Part shown: positions 48,601 to 59,033 of the stretch, one piece after another
How positions within the stretch are numbered: position 1 is the stretch's first letter
How the letters are laid out: each line of letters begins with the position of its first letter
Assembly: GCF_000281045.1 (NCBI RefSeq)
Contig: NW_008246145.1
Location: forward strand, 81,760-145,759
Source: Saprolegnia diclina VS20
Taxonomy: Eukaryota
Length of the DNA: 64,000 bases
Reading direction: 5' to 3'
Translations under genes and position numbers: made by a program
The notes under the pieces: model-generated
The model's input: only the letters and a program-made list of their open reading frames with translations
The model's database searches: none
What the model was told of the DNA's origin: nothing

Positions 48601-50606
48601 CGAAGATTTGCGCCAGGACGAGCGCGTCACGCAGCTGTTTGGCCTTGTGAACGCGCTCTTGATCAACGACCGGACGACGTCCAAGAAGGACCTCAAGATC
48701 ACGCGGTATCCCGTGATTCCGCTGAGCCACAACGCCGGCATTGTCGGTGCGTGGCCCCTTTTTCTCGATAGATTGATACTGATGGCCATCGTAGGCTGGG
48801 TGCCCAACTGCGACACGCTGCACCAGCTCATTCGCGACTACCGCGAGGCGCGCAAGATCCTCCTCAACATTGAGCACCGGTATGGGACGCTCATTGTGGA
48901 CAATAAGACAATGTATGGGTCTAGGCTCATGTTGCAGATGGCACCCGACTATGACGTGCTCTGCTTGCTGCAAAAGGTTGAAGTCTTTCAGTATGCACTG
49001 GAAAACACTGCCGGCCAAGACCTCTACAAGGTAGAGTCTCGTAAAATGGGCTATATAACGACTTATCGTGACGTGGTGTAGGTGCTCTGGCTCAAGTCGG
49101 AAAACTCGGAGGTGTGGCTCGACCGCCGCACCAACTACACGCGGTCGCTCGCCGCCATGTCGATGGTGACTAGAGGCTTCTTGTACACAGAGAGGACAAT
49201 ATTGTACAACTAGGTGGGCTATATTCTCGGCCTTGGCGACCGGCACCCGTCCAACTTGATGCTGCACCGCTTCACGGGCACGATCGTGCACATTGACTTT
49301 GGCGACTGCTTTGAGGTCGCCATGCAGCGCGAAAAGTACCCCGAGAAGATCCCGTTCCGGCTCACACGCATGCTCACCAACGCCATGGAGGTTTTGGATA
49401 GTTGGATACTTGGATACTTGGATAATGATGGCATGGGATAGGTGAGCGGCATCGAAGGCAATTTTCGCTTCTCGTGCGAGTCGGTCATGCAAGTGCTCCG
49501 CGACAACCGCCACTCGCTCATGGCGATGCTCGAGGCCTTTGTCCACGACCCGCTCATTTGCTGGCGCCTTGTACGTTTTGTATCAAGTTGGTATCAAGTT
49601 GGCGACCATATGGACTTGCGTAGCTCGCCCCCAACGTGTCGCCGGCCACGAAAGAGAAGCTCGCCGAGTTTGAACCGCCCAAGTCGGTCAAGAAGCCCGC
49701 GCCCGTGGTCGCGCCGCCTGTCCTGCCGCCGGTGCCCACGCCCGAGCCCGTCGTCCTCGCGCCGCCACCCGTCGTCCTCGCGCCTGTGCCCGAAGGTACT
49801 TCTACTAGAATCACCGGCGCCCTGATCACTATCCTGTCTCGATCTAGCCACCATTCCCGCGGTCGTGGAGCCACCGCCGGCACCGATGACGACGACCAAC
49901 TCGATGGCGACACCAGCAATGACGGCCGTGGACGCCGACGTCCCGCCCCGTCCGCCGCAGCACCCGGCCGTGGTCTCGCAAAGCTTGAGCAAGTCGATTG
50001 CATTCAAGCGGGTACCCACGCGTTGCGGTTGCCGTATCGACTTGATATTTTGATGTAGAACGTCATGCCCAACGTTGAGTCGCATCAGCTGCACCAGCCG
50101 GAGCGCCGACCGTCGTTTTCGGGTCGGCCGCCGATGCACGAGAGCGGGAACAACCCGAACTTGCATCTGGAGATCTCGAGCTTGGCCGCGAGCGTCGGCT
50201 TTAGCTTGAGTCGCAGCTTGCGCGTGAATGAGCACGTGCCCCTTGACGACCAAGCGACGGCGAAAGCTGCGCCGGTCTCGGCGTCGCAAGCGTAGTCTTC
50301 TAGAGTCGCAAGGATACATGTCTCTGATGCTCTTGTGGTAGGGACCATGAGCTGCGCAACCGCAGCCACCGGGAGAAGGAGCTCGTGCACGCACTGGGCC
50401 CGGAAGGCGCCGGCGCGCCCCGCGAGGCGCTCAACGAGAAGGCGGTCGCCGTCATTCGACGCGTGCAGGCCAAGCTCACGGGCCGCGACTTTGACGACTG
50501 CCGCGAACCGCTCAGCGTCTCGGATCAAGTGCAGCGTCTGATCACGCAGGCCGCGTCGCACGAGAACCTCTGCCAGTGCTACATTGGCTGGTGCCCCTTT
50601 TGGTAG
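39655..50606 (+). CDS. TOR: Target of rapamycin (TOR) kinase: HEAT, FAT, FRB, PIKK kinase and FATC domains; about 50 short introns
   Basis: [55 protein letters not shown] (FRB); [53 protein letters not shown]. Confidence 0.97.
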
Positions 50607-51280
50607 TTGCCGGAACAATGTACATATTGTCTATGACACGTTGGCGATCTCGCGACAGATGGCAGTACGGAACCTTGGTTGCTACGTGCTCGTACCACTG
50701 TATCCGACTACCGAGTTGTTGCATGAAGGACATATATAAAGAGCTGGGAACAAACATGGAGAGCTGGCAGCGAAGAGCTGCAGCGTCACCGTTGCCAAGC
50801 CAAGCAGCAGTCAAAGCGCGGAAGCCGTCGTCGTGCCATTTTGTCACTCTGGCGTACGACCCGGCCAAATATGGTAATCAGCATCAGCCGTGGCGGCCCC
50901 TACTACTGTAGTACTAGTACCTATCAGCGATTCCTACGACGAGCTGTCGGCTGACGATCTGCTGCAAGTAGCCAGCCAGTTACTTGATGTACCGTGGGAC
51001 ACTGGTGTCACTACGCAGCTTTGGCGGCAACGTCGACCCGATTCATTTGCATCACCCCATACAAATTGTCTGAATTGCGAGATATCAAAAGACGACGTTT
51101 GTCAGGACATGCATAATAGCGACAGCACTCTAGTGTCGTACCCTTATGACGCAGCACGCGCCAGATCTGAAATTTTGAAATTCGCATCGCGCATCTGATT
51201 CCGCAGACTTCGGCGGTCTGGTTCGCCGCACCTGGTTATCCGCGACCAGTTTGCACTTGTAGATTGCACTTTCGATCGTC

Positions 51281-53335
51281 ATGGCTCCGGGCGTCGAGTG
51301 GAGTCTTGGTAGCGAGGTGCTGGCCACGCTCACTGGCGTCGGTTTTCTGGCGCTTCTCATTGGCATGGCGTTGTACGCCAAGTCGGAGAAGCGCGAGATA
51401 GCGGCACTCGCCCTCCTCCGCAACGAGTATGCACGATCGTCATTTCTTATTGTGGATGTCTTAGTGCGCACTTGGTAGTTTTGTGGGCCAGCTGCGCGGT
51501 CGGCACCGCCAGGACGTCGAAGACATGTACGTTATATGCTTTGATAATGGCTGCTCAGGCTGCCACGTATGAGTAGCGACGTCGATGCCAACAAGTGGCT
51601 CTGCCACGTGTGCCAGTTCGCCAATGCAACCGACAAGACGACGTGCACGCTCTGCGAGACGGCCCACGGTACGTACATCGAAGCGAAGCCATAGTGTCTA
51701 GAACTTTGTAGACGTGGTCTTGAGCATCGGCGCGAGCACCAACATGGCTGTCGCGGTCCTCGCCCACCCGCTCGACTCGAAACAGCAAAGTGCACGGTAC
51801 GAGATGTCGTCTCGATACCTTGATAGAATGCCAAATGGCGTAGCGCACGCAAGCAATGGAGCCGCGTGCTCCAGCCCTCAGATGGCGCTGTTCTCTGGAC
51901 GTCGGCGCTGGAGCTGCAACCCTCGGACGTATACTACATGCTACAACCTTCCACCCGTCCTGTGGCGCCTCCGTCACCATCGCCCAAAGACGACGTCAAG
52001 GAGAGCGATGACGTCAAGGACGGCGATGACGTCAAGGACAATGATGACGTCAAAGACGCTGAGAACGCCGAGGACGAGGCATCGCCGCCGGTGCTGCTCG
52101 AAATGACCTACTTGACGCCCGAGAGCGCCGCGCGCACGGTGCTCGGCACGGTGCTGCCGTCGTGGTGGCTCACGCAGCTCGAGTCGCTCCGTCTGCAGTC
52201 CTTCTCGGTCAAGTACATTTGGCTCCTCGAACAAATCGCGGCCTCGTACACGGAGAAGGTCAAGGTCAAGGTGTACCGCGACAAGATTCTCACCGAGTCG
52301 CTCGACATTCTGCTCGCGCTGCCGACCGACAAGCTCTGTTCATTCACCCGCGTCTCACTCTTTGGCGAGACAGGCGTCGACGCCGGTGGTCTCCAGCGCG
52401 AGTGGTACACGCTCCTCACGCACGCGCTCTTCGAACCGTCAACCGGACTCTTCATCGCGGCCAACGAGGCCGAGCGGTCGTTTGGCATCAACCCGCACTC
52501 GGCGCGCGACCACGGCGCGACGCACCTGGCGCGGTTTGAGGCGTTTGGCCGGCTGTTGGCGCGCGCGATCCTCGACGGCCAAGTGCTGCAGTGCCACCTC
52601 TGCGTCCCGCTCTTCAAGGCGCTGCTTGGCACGCCACTGTCGATGGACGACGTCATGCATTGGGACGCGACGGTCTACGCGAGCATGTGCTACATTCGTG
52701 ACGCGCGGAGCGTCGACGACTTGGCGCTCGACTTTACGGTCCACGGCGCCGACGACACGATTGTCGAGTTGGTCCCGTTTGGCGCGCAGATTGCCGTCAC
52801 GAACGAGAACCGCACCGAGTACCTCGAGGCCATGACCAAGTACCTCCTCTTTGATCGCATCCAAGCGCAAGTGTCGGCGCTTTTGCACGGCTTTTACACG
52901 GTCTTGCCCGAAGAGCTCTTGCTGCCATTCGACTACAAGGAGCTCGAGCTGCTCCTCTGCGGGACGTCGGCGATCGATGTCGACGACTGGCGCCACTTTA
53001 CCGCCGTCTCGTTCTCGCTCGCGATCACCAACTGCAACGACTGGTTCTGGGCCATTGTCAAAGACGACATGACGGACGACGACCGCGCGCGGCTATTGCA
53101 GTTTGCGACCGGCTCGTCACGCGTACCGCTCCAAGGGTTCAAAGGGCTCACGAGCTACGATGGGATGTTGTGTCCTTTCTCGCTGCAAGCGATCGAGTAC
53201 AAATACGGGGCACTGCCACGTGCTCATTCGTGCTTCAACCGCATCGACTTGCCGCTGTATCCGACAAGAGCGCTCTTGAAAGAAGCGCTTTTTGCGATCG
53301 TCCGCCTCGAAATGACCGAGTTTACCCTGGTGTAG
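51281..53335 (+). CDS. Membrane-anchored HECT E3 ubiquitin ligase (TM, RanBP2/NZF zinc finger, HECT), paralog of 37247-39098
   Basis: TM VLATLTGVGFLALLIGMALY; WLCHVCQFANATDKTTCTLC; GETGVDAGGLQREWY; LLQFATGSSRVP; PRAHSCFNRIDLP. Confidence 0.92.
51989..52060 (+). repeat. 4 x 18-bp coding tandem repeat (DDVK[E/D]x)
   Basis: Units gacgacgtcaaggagagc, gatgacgtcaaggacggc, gatgacgtcaaggacaat and gatgacgtcaaagacgct. Confidence 0.9.
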
Positions 53336-53976
53336 ACACCCAAGCCGTGGGGCAGCGACTAACGACCTACATGTACTACCAAGTGTTTTGTCAAATATGG
53401 TGGCGCATCTGGAGAGCATGACGTTTTGGAGAGAGATGGGGCGACAGAGTTGCAGCCAAAGCCGCAAAACAACCGTCGTTGACGGCTCCGCATAGATAGT
53501 AAGAATTCTGTAGCGCGAGCGCGACCGATTCCGCTTCTCGCAACAAATGCAACGTGAACACTCGACAGAAAGAGGTCGTATTCAATCTGGAAACACGAGC
53601 TAGTGTACTGCCAAAGGCTGTATAGTCCCACAGCAACGGCTTCTCCCGTAGGACGAAGCATGCAAACACTCATCGCCTAGTCCCGGCCCCGTGGCCTTGT
53701 TGGAGGTTGGAGGCTGGGCACACGCTCAGTGCCCCACCACTGTATGTCACAAAGCGACACGGACGTTGGAGCAATACAGATCGGTGGAGGCATCGTACTC
53801 GAACCAGATCGGACAGTCGCTTAGCTATCGTTTGTCGCCATCGACGCGCAACGCTCGACGGCTCGGCGCCACTCGATCGCCGACCGCGATCTTTTGCCAA
53901 TTCGCCGCTTGTGATTGGCGGATTCAAAAGATTTGGCAATGTATGATTGGCCCATGCCAAAGATACCGTATTTCGA

Positions 53977-55541
53977 ATGGCTCCCATGCTGCCCGAGCTC
54001 ATCGAGCTCATTGCGGTCTACATTGCGCAGCCGTACGACCTTCTGCGCTACCTGGACGCCGTTGAGAATGGACTTCGCCTGCCGTTCCGAAGCCTCCGTG
54101 CGCTGCTGTCGGCGAGCTTGCGATCGCCCGGGCTCCGCCTCTGGCCCGCGCTCGTGCTGCCGCTGAGCTCGCACGACGCATCGCTGCGCCAGTACGCTTC
54201 CGACTGCATCGAGCTGTTCTCGATCGTACGCGTGCGGTCGCTCGAGGCGCATGGCATCACTTCGCTGCTGCGGCCCGCGACGCTGTTGTCGCTGGGTCCT
54301 CTCACAACGCCGGACGAGGTCCGCGCCGTGTGCATGGCACCTTGGCGAGCGCGGCTCGTGGCGCTCGAATTGCATCTTTGGGACCGTCTCTTAGCACACG
54401 ATGTGTGGACTCCCACATCCCTGGCCTTGCTTGGTGCGTGCGTGCGTTCACAGCCCCAGCTGGCGTCGTTGCGTCTGCGCTGGCAACTCGACCAGAGCCA
54501 CGACGCCTTCCAGCACGTGCTGAGCGACGTCTTAGATCTGGGAAGGTCGCTCTCGCACCTGGCGCTGTCGTTCAACGAGGCGAGCAAGGTGGTTTGGAAC
54601 GAAGCCCTGGCGACGCGTCTTGGCTCGTGGCTTTGCACGTCGCGCGTCACGTCGCTGGCACTCGATGGCCTTCGCTTCGACTCGATGCATGCAGCCACAC
54701 GCCTCGTCGCGTCGTTGCATGGCGCGCCTTTGCTTCGAGAGTTGCGCCTCGACAGCTTGCAACTCGAACGCGCGCTGAGCCGCGCGGCGCTGCCCCCCGC
54801 GCTGCGCTCGCTTTGCGTTCATGGCGCGTCACTGCTCCCGCAGTGGCGCACAGCAGCGCATCTCTCGACGCTCGCACTCCACTTTGAGTTTCAATACAAA
54901 ACCTCGGGCAAGTCGGGGCCATGCTGCCGAATCTGTCGCGGCTTTGCACGCTCGTGCTGCCACAAGTCGACTTACAGCACGACGCCGATCAAGAGGCGCT
55001 GGTCGCGCTCTTGCCGCAGCTCACAGAACTGCACCTCGACACCAACAGTCTCGGCAACGCAGGCGCTTTGCGGCTCATCGCCACGTTGCACGAGTGCCGG
55101 TACCTTCAAGTGCTCTCGCTCATCCAGCAAGGCGTCACCGACGTCAGTGCGATCGCGTTCGCAACGGCCGAGAGACCCTCGACCTTGCGCACGCTTCGAC
55201 TCGGCCGGAATCACGTGACGTGCGTTGGCGCCACCGCGCTCTGCCACGTCATACCCCACCTGGACGTGCTCGATCTGAGCCGCAACCGGATTCGCTACGA
55301 CGGCGCCAAGGCCATCAGCAATGTGTTGCCCTTGACGACGCACATGCGTACGCTCGACGTGCAAATGAACCCGCTGAGCGAGGCCGGTGTCTTGGTGCTC
55401 GTCGCGGCGCTTGGTCGGGAGACAGCGCTCCGCGCTGGTGTCCTCGACCTCAGTGCAACAGTCTCCCGCGCATACGTTCCGCCGTGTCGAGCTGCCATCA
55501 AATCGCTGCCGTGTCCGCACTACGTCGTCTTTCGGTGCTAG
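53977..55541 (+). CDS. RNI-like leucine-rich repeat protein with an F-box-like N-terminus; 1-nt frameshift near 54889 (assembly error or pseudogene)
   Basis: MAPMLPELIELIAVYI start; LRRs LTELHLDTNSLGNAGA, LRTLRLGRNHVTCVGA, LDVLDLSRNRIRYDGA and LDVQMNPLSEAGV. Coding continues in a different frame after about 54890. Confidence 0.75.
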
Positions 55542-55800
55542 TGGAAGGGCACCCTCTCGCGCAACCGGCCACGTCGCCAGTAAAGATTAGCAGCTTATAA
55601 CTTGACTTTCATCATCCATTCTCGGATACGAAAGAACGAGCTTGGCGCTTATTACGGCTGCTGGCGCAAGATGGGACCTTGGCAGCTGGGCTCGAGTACC
55701 CAGCGGCAAGCGATCTGATCCCGTCGAGCTACTTTGAGAACTAGGCGGTGCACGGTCGACACGAACCCTAGCCCTAGGTTCGCCAACGCCACGACCCTCG

Positions 55801-55846
55801 CTACTATTATACTACCCTGGCTACTATTATACTACCCTGGCTACTA
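55801..55846. repeat. 20-bp tandem repeat (2.3 copies) between convergent genes
   Basis: ctactattatactaccctgg x2, then ctacta. Confidence 0.9.
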
Positions 55847-55940
55847 CCGGTACGTGCAGCGTTGCCGTATATTGACGATAGAAAGACGGTGGCGATTGTC
55901 TACTAGTCGGTGTTTATACATGACGTTATTCTCTACTTGA

Positions 55941-57915
55941 CTAAAACTCGGCAAAGTCAAAGTCGAGCTCGTCCGTAAGTGTCTTAATGACGAGGTCGTC
56001 CGGCGTATACGTGTAGTCGCGCGGGTGGTATCCTTGCTGCGGATAAAGACAGGACGAGTGGCGGAGCCCCATCTATTATCAAATATATGTCCTTAACCCT
56101 CTGCCCCACTAGACGCTGTACCACGAGTCGAAATCACTCACATTCATTGCGCCCTCCGACCCTTGCGGATGCTGTTGCTGTTGCTGTTGCGTCGGCGGCC
56201 GCGGCAGACTGTATGGGTCCATGTACCCGCCCTGGGACGGCGGCGGCGGCATGCCATAATGACCTCCCATGCCTAGTATCAAGGTATCAGGCGACAACCC
56301 TACCCGCAACCACGACCTACCCCAGTCGTTGACATTGCCGTTGCCAAGACCCGCCATGCCATCGAGCATCGACGACGTTGGGCCGTGGTGGTACTGCGAC
56401 GCATGGTGCATGGCTGTGAGCTTTTGGTCGGGCATCATGCTGTGGTGCTGCTGCAGATGCGGGTTCATGCCACTAGCCATATACGCATGAGCTCGATGCA
56501 AGAGACGTCATGGATCCCACACCTGTTGAGGGCGTGGCCGGCAGTGAGGCGGCGGTGGTGGTTGGCCCGGTCCGGGTTTTGCTTGAGCGACTTCCAGCGG
56601 ATTTTGACCGAATCCTCCGTGCGCCCGGGCAGCAGCTGCGAGATCTGCGACCACTTGTTGCCGAGCCGCGCCTGGGCGCTGAGAATGACCTTGTCTTCCT
56701 CGGCCGTGTACGGACCCTTGTTGATCGACGGGTCCAAGTGGTTGCGCCACCGCTCCCGGCACTGCTTGGGCGTCCGCCCCGGGATTTGGTCGGCGATTTG
56801 GCCCCAGTTGTTGCAGCTCTGCTTCACGAGCACCTCGAGGATCTTGTCTTCTTCGAACGACCAGTGGCCCTTCACGAGACCCGGCTTGAGCACCTTGCGC
56901 CAGCGCTGGAGACACTGCGCGTGGTTGCGACCAGGCACTCGCTCGGCGATCGCCTTCCAGTTCTTCTCGCCGTGCAGCTGGACGCTTTCCTTGAGCGCAT
57001 TGTCCTGGGCTTTGGTCCAGCGCTTCGTCGACGGCGCATCTTCGGGACTGATCTGCTTGACGGTATCAGCATGCGTCGGTTGAGCATGCACAGTCTACCT
57101 CGGGGACAGGCGGGAGGCCGCTGCCGTCGCTCGTCGTCGTCGAGGTCGATGTCGATGCGGCCGTGCTGCCGTCTTCTTGGTAGTCGTCGTCGTCGTCCTC
57201 ATCGTCGTCGTCGTCGTCGCCGTCGCCACTGCCTTCGTCATCGACACACGCCTTTTGCGCCGGCGCGGCTTCTCCCTTCAAGAGCTCCCAGTTGCTGTTG
57301 GGCCGCTCGCGCTTGGACCTAGCGTTGGTTCATGAGCAATATGGCAGACGCCAGTATGGTTGCGTACGTCAGCATGAGCAGCGAGTTGTTGTGCTCGAGG
57401 CCAAACGCCTCGTCGCCCGCCGGTTTGTGCAGCGAGTCTTCGAGGTCGCGGAGGCGGAGCTCGCTCTCGCCAATGTGCGCATTGTCGAGCATGTGCTGCA
57501 TCGAGTTGATGTCCTCCGATGTCACTTGCAGCAGCGACGACTGGCGCGAGTTGGTCCGTGCCAGCGGCGCCCTACACACGACTCATGAGCCTTTGCGTGG
57601 TCCAGCGTATCGTAGCTACCGGCCATCGGTCGGCGCCTGCGCCTTGAGCCGCTCAAACTTGAGGCGGAGGCTGTCGAGGAACTTCTTCTTCGCTGGGATC
57701 GTCGAGTCGGCCATCGCTTGGATCACGCGGAACTTCTTCTCTTCCTTGAGCTGCACGACGTACTTGGCGAGGTCGTTGGACTCTTCGGCCGTCAAGCCCG
57801 CGAGGCAGCGGAAGAAGGCCGAGGACGCGTCCGACGGCAGCGAGCTCAGCAGCGCGTTGAGCACGTCGCCAAAGCTCGCGTCGCCCGACGGGCTCTCTTC
57901 CTTGACGGTCGCCAT
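55941..57915 (-). CDS. R1R2R3 (3R) MYB transcription factor, multi-exon
   Basis: Three MYB repeats: RWTKAQD...QCLQRW, GHWSFEED...QCRERWRNHL and GPYTAEED...GNKWSQI...GRTEDSVKIRW. ATG at 57915. Last exon after a GTGAGT donor ends ...TDELDFDFAEF* at 55941. Confidence 0.92.
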
Positions 57916-59033
57916 GCGCTTGACTCGGTTAAATACAAATTGACTGCCTCTCCCACGACCATACCCACTTCAAGTACGCCCAGGCCCATACAAAAAGCAA
58001 GTCAACTCCCGTGTATACAACGACCAAGGTACGGGGACTTCCCTGGACGCGGCTGGGAGATCCCCTTGAAATAGAAGAGAGACCAACGCTGCGAAAGAGA
58101 CTCGGGCTTGATCATCGAGCTCATCACGGGTCAGCGTTATACGGCGTGTCGATACATATAAAAAGGTGCCTATTTGACGCGTCCTAGTTAGTCGATATGC
58201 ACGTAGCGATGGTCCGACGGGTAGCTTCATGGTAGTCGAATTTCTGGTGAAACGAGCGAAATAGCTCCATTGGCCATGGTTGACAGGACGACTTCGGTGC
58301 CACGAACGGCGCCGTCGATGGGATCCTCAGACGGGGACTGCTTCAATCCCGCGTGTCACGCGCGCATGCTTTTGCAACAGCGACGAGGACGAACCCAAGT
58401 ATTCCCAAGTGGGCGGATCATGACAACCGATGCGACGTTGTTTTTAGGGAGTCGGCCTAGAAAGGCAAAGTGGGATCCACTTGCTGGCTCCTTGCCAACG
58501 CAGCAAGGCGTCGGTGCGCACGCCGCACCTCTCTCGCTCTAGCATTACAAAAGCGTGGACGATATTGTCTTCAATCGGCCATGTTCGCCGAGTCCTCTGC
58601 ATCTCGGCGGCGGAGAAGGAGCTGACGTCTTCGGGTGCGTTCGTGGCTACTACGACGCTCGCAACGACGACAGCCAACACAATCTTCCTATGGTAATAAC
58701 TCATTTCAGCACAATCTCCTTACTGGCAGTCAAGGCGTCCGTGCAATGTATACGTGTGGCTGCACAGAGGCGCGCGTGGTCTCGCGCGCCTCGACGTTGG
58801 TCACGCGTTCGATCGACGGGTGGAACCTGCGTCAGCGTGCACGCCAGTCTCAGTTGGCGCCACAGTGGGAGTCAAGGCTACCACTACGCTAGGCGAGAAC
58901 CCGTTCGATATCGCTGCTGCTTCCTCCCATCACCCCACTTGGTGGCAAGCGTCTCGCAAAGTTGTATAGCCCACTTTGGGATCGTCGATGGCGAGTAACA
59001 CATGACAATGTGTACGTGTTATGTTGGCACTGA

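Noticed and set aside
50700..51198. Short ORFs between TOR and the second HECT gene
   Set aside because: No recognisable motif, weak codon bias and no clear ATG-led model.
54889..54902. Programmed -1 ribosomal frameshift in the LRR gene
   Set aside because: No X XXY YYZ slippery heptamer; a 1-nt homopolymer deletion is the simpler explanation.
55801..55846. Short tandem repeats (also 9904-9967) as CRISPR-like arrays
   Set aside because: No unique spacers, no cas genes, and a eukaryotic context.
58270..58998. Candidate small gene: minus-strand signal-peptide-like ORF 58444-58704, or plus-strand fragments with GENPFDIA
   Set aside because: Strands conflict and no coherent model can be built from sequence alone.
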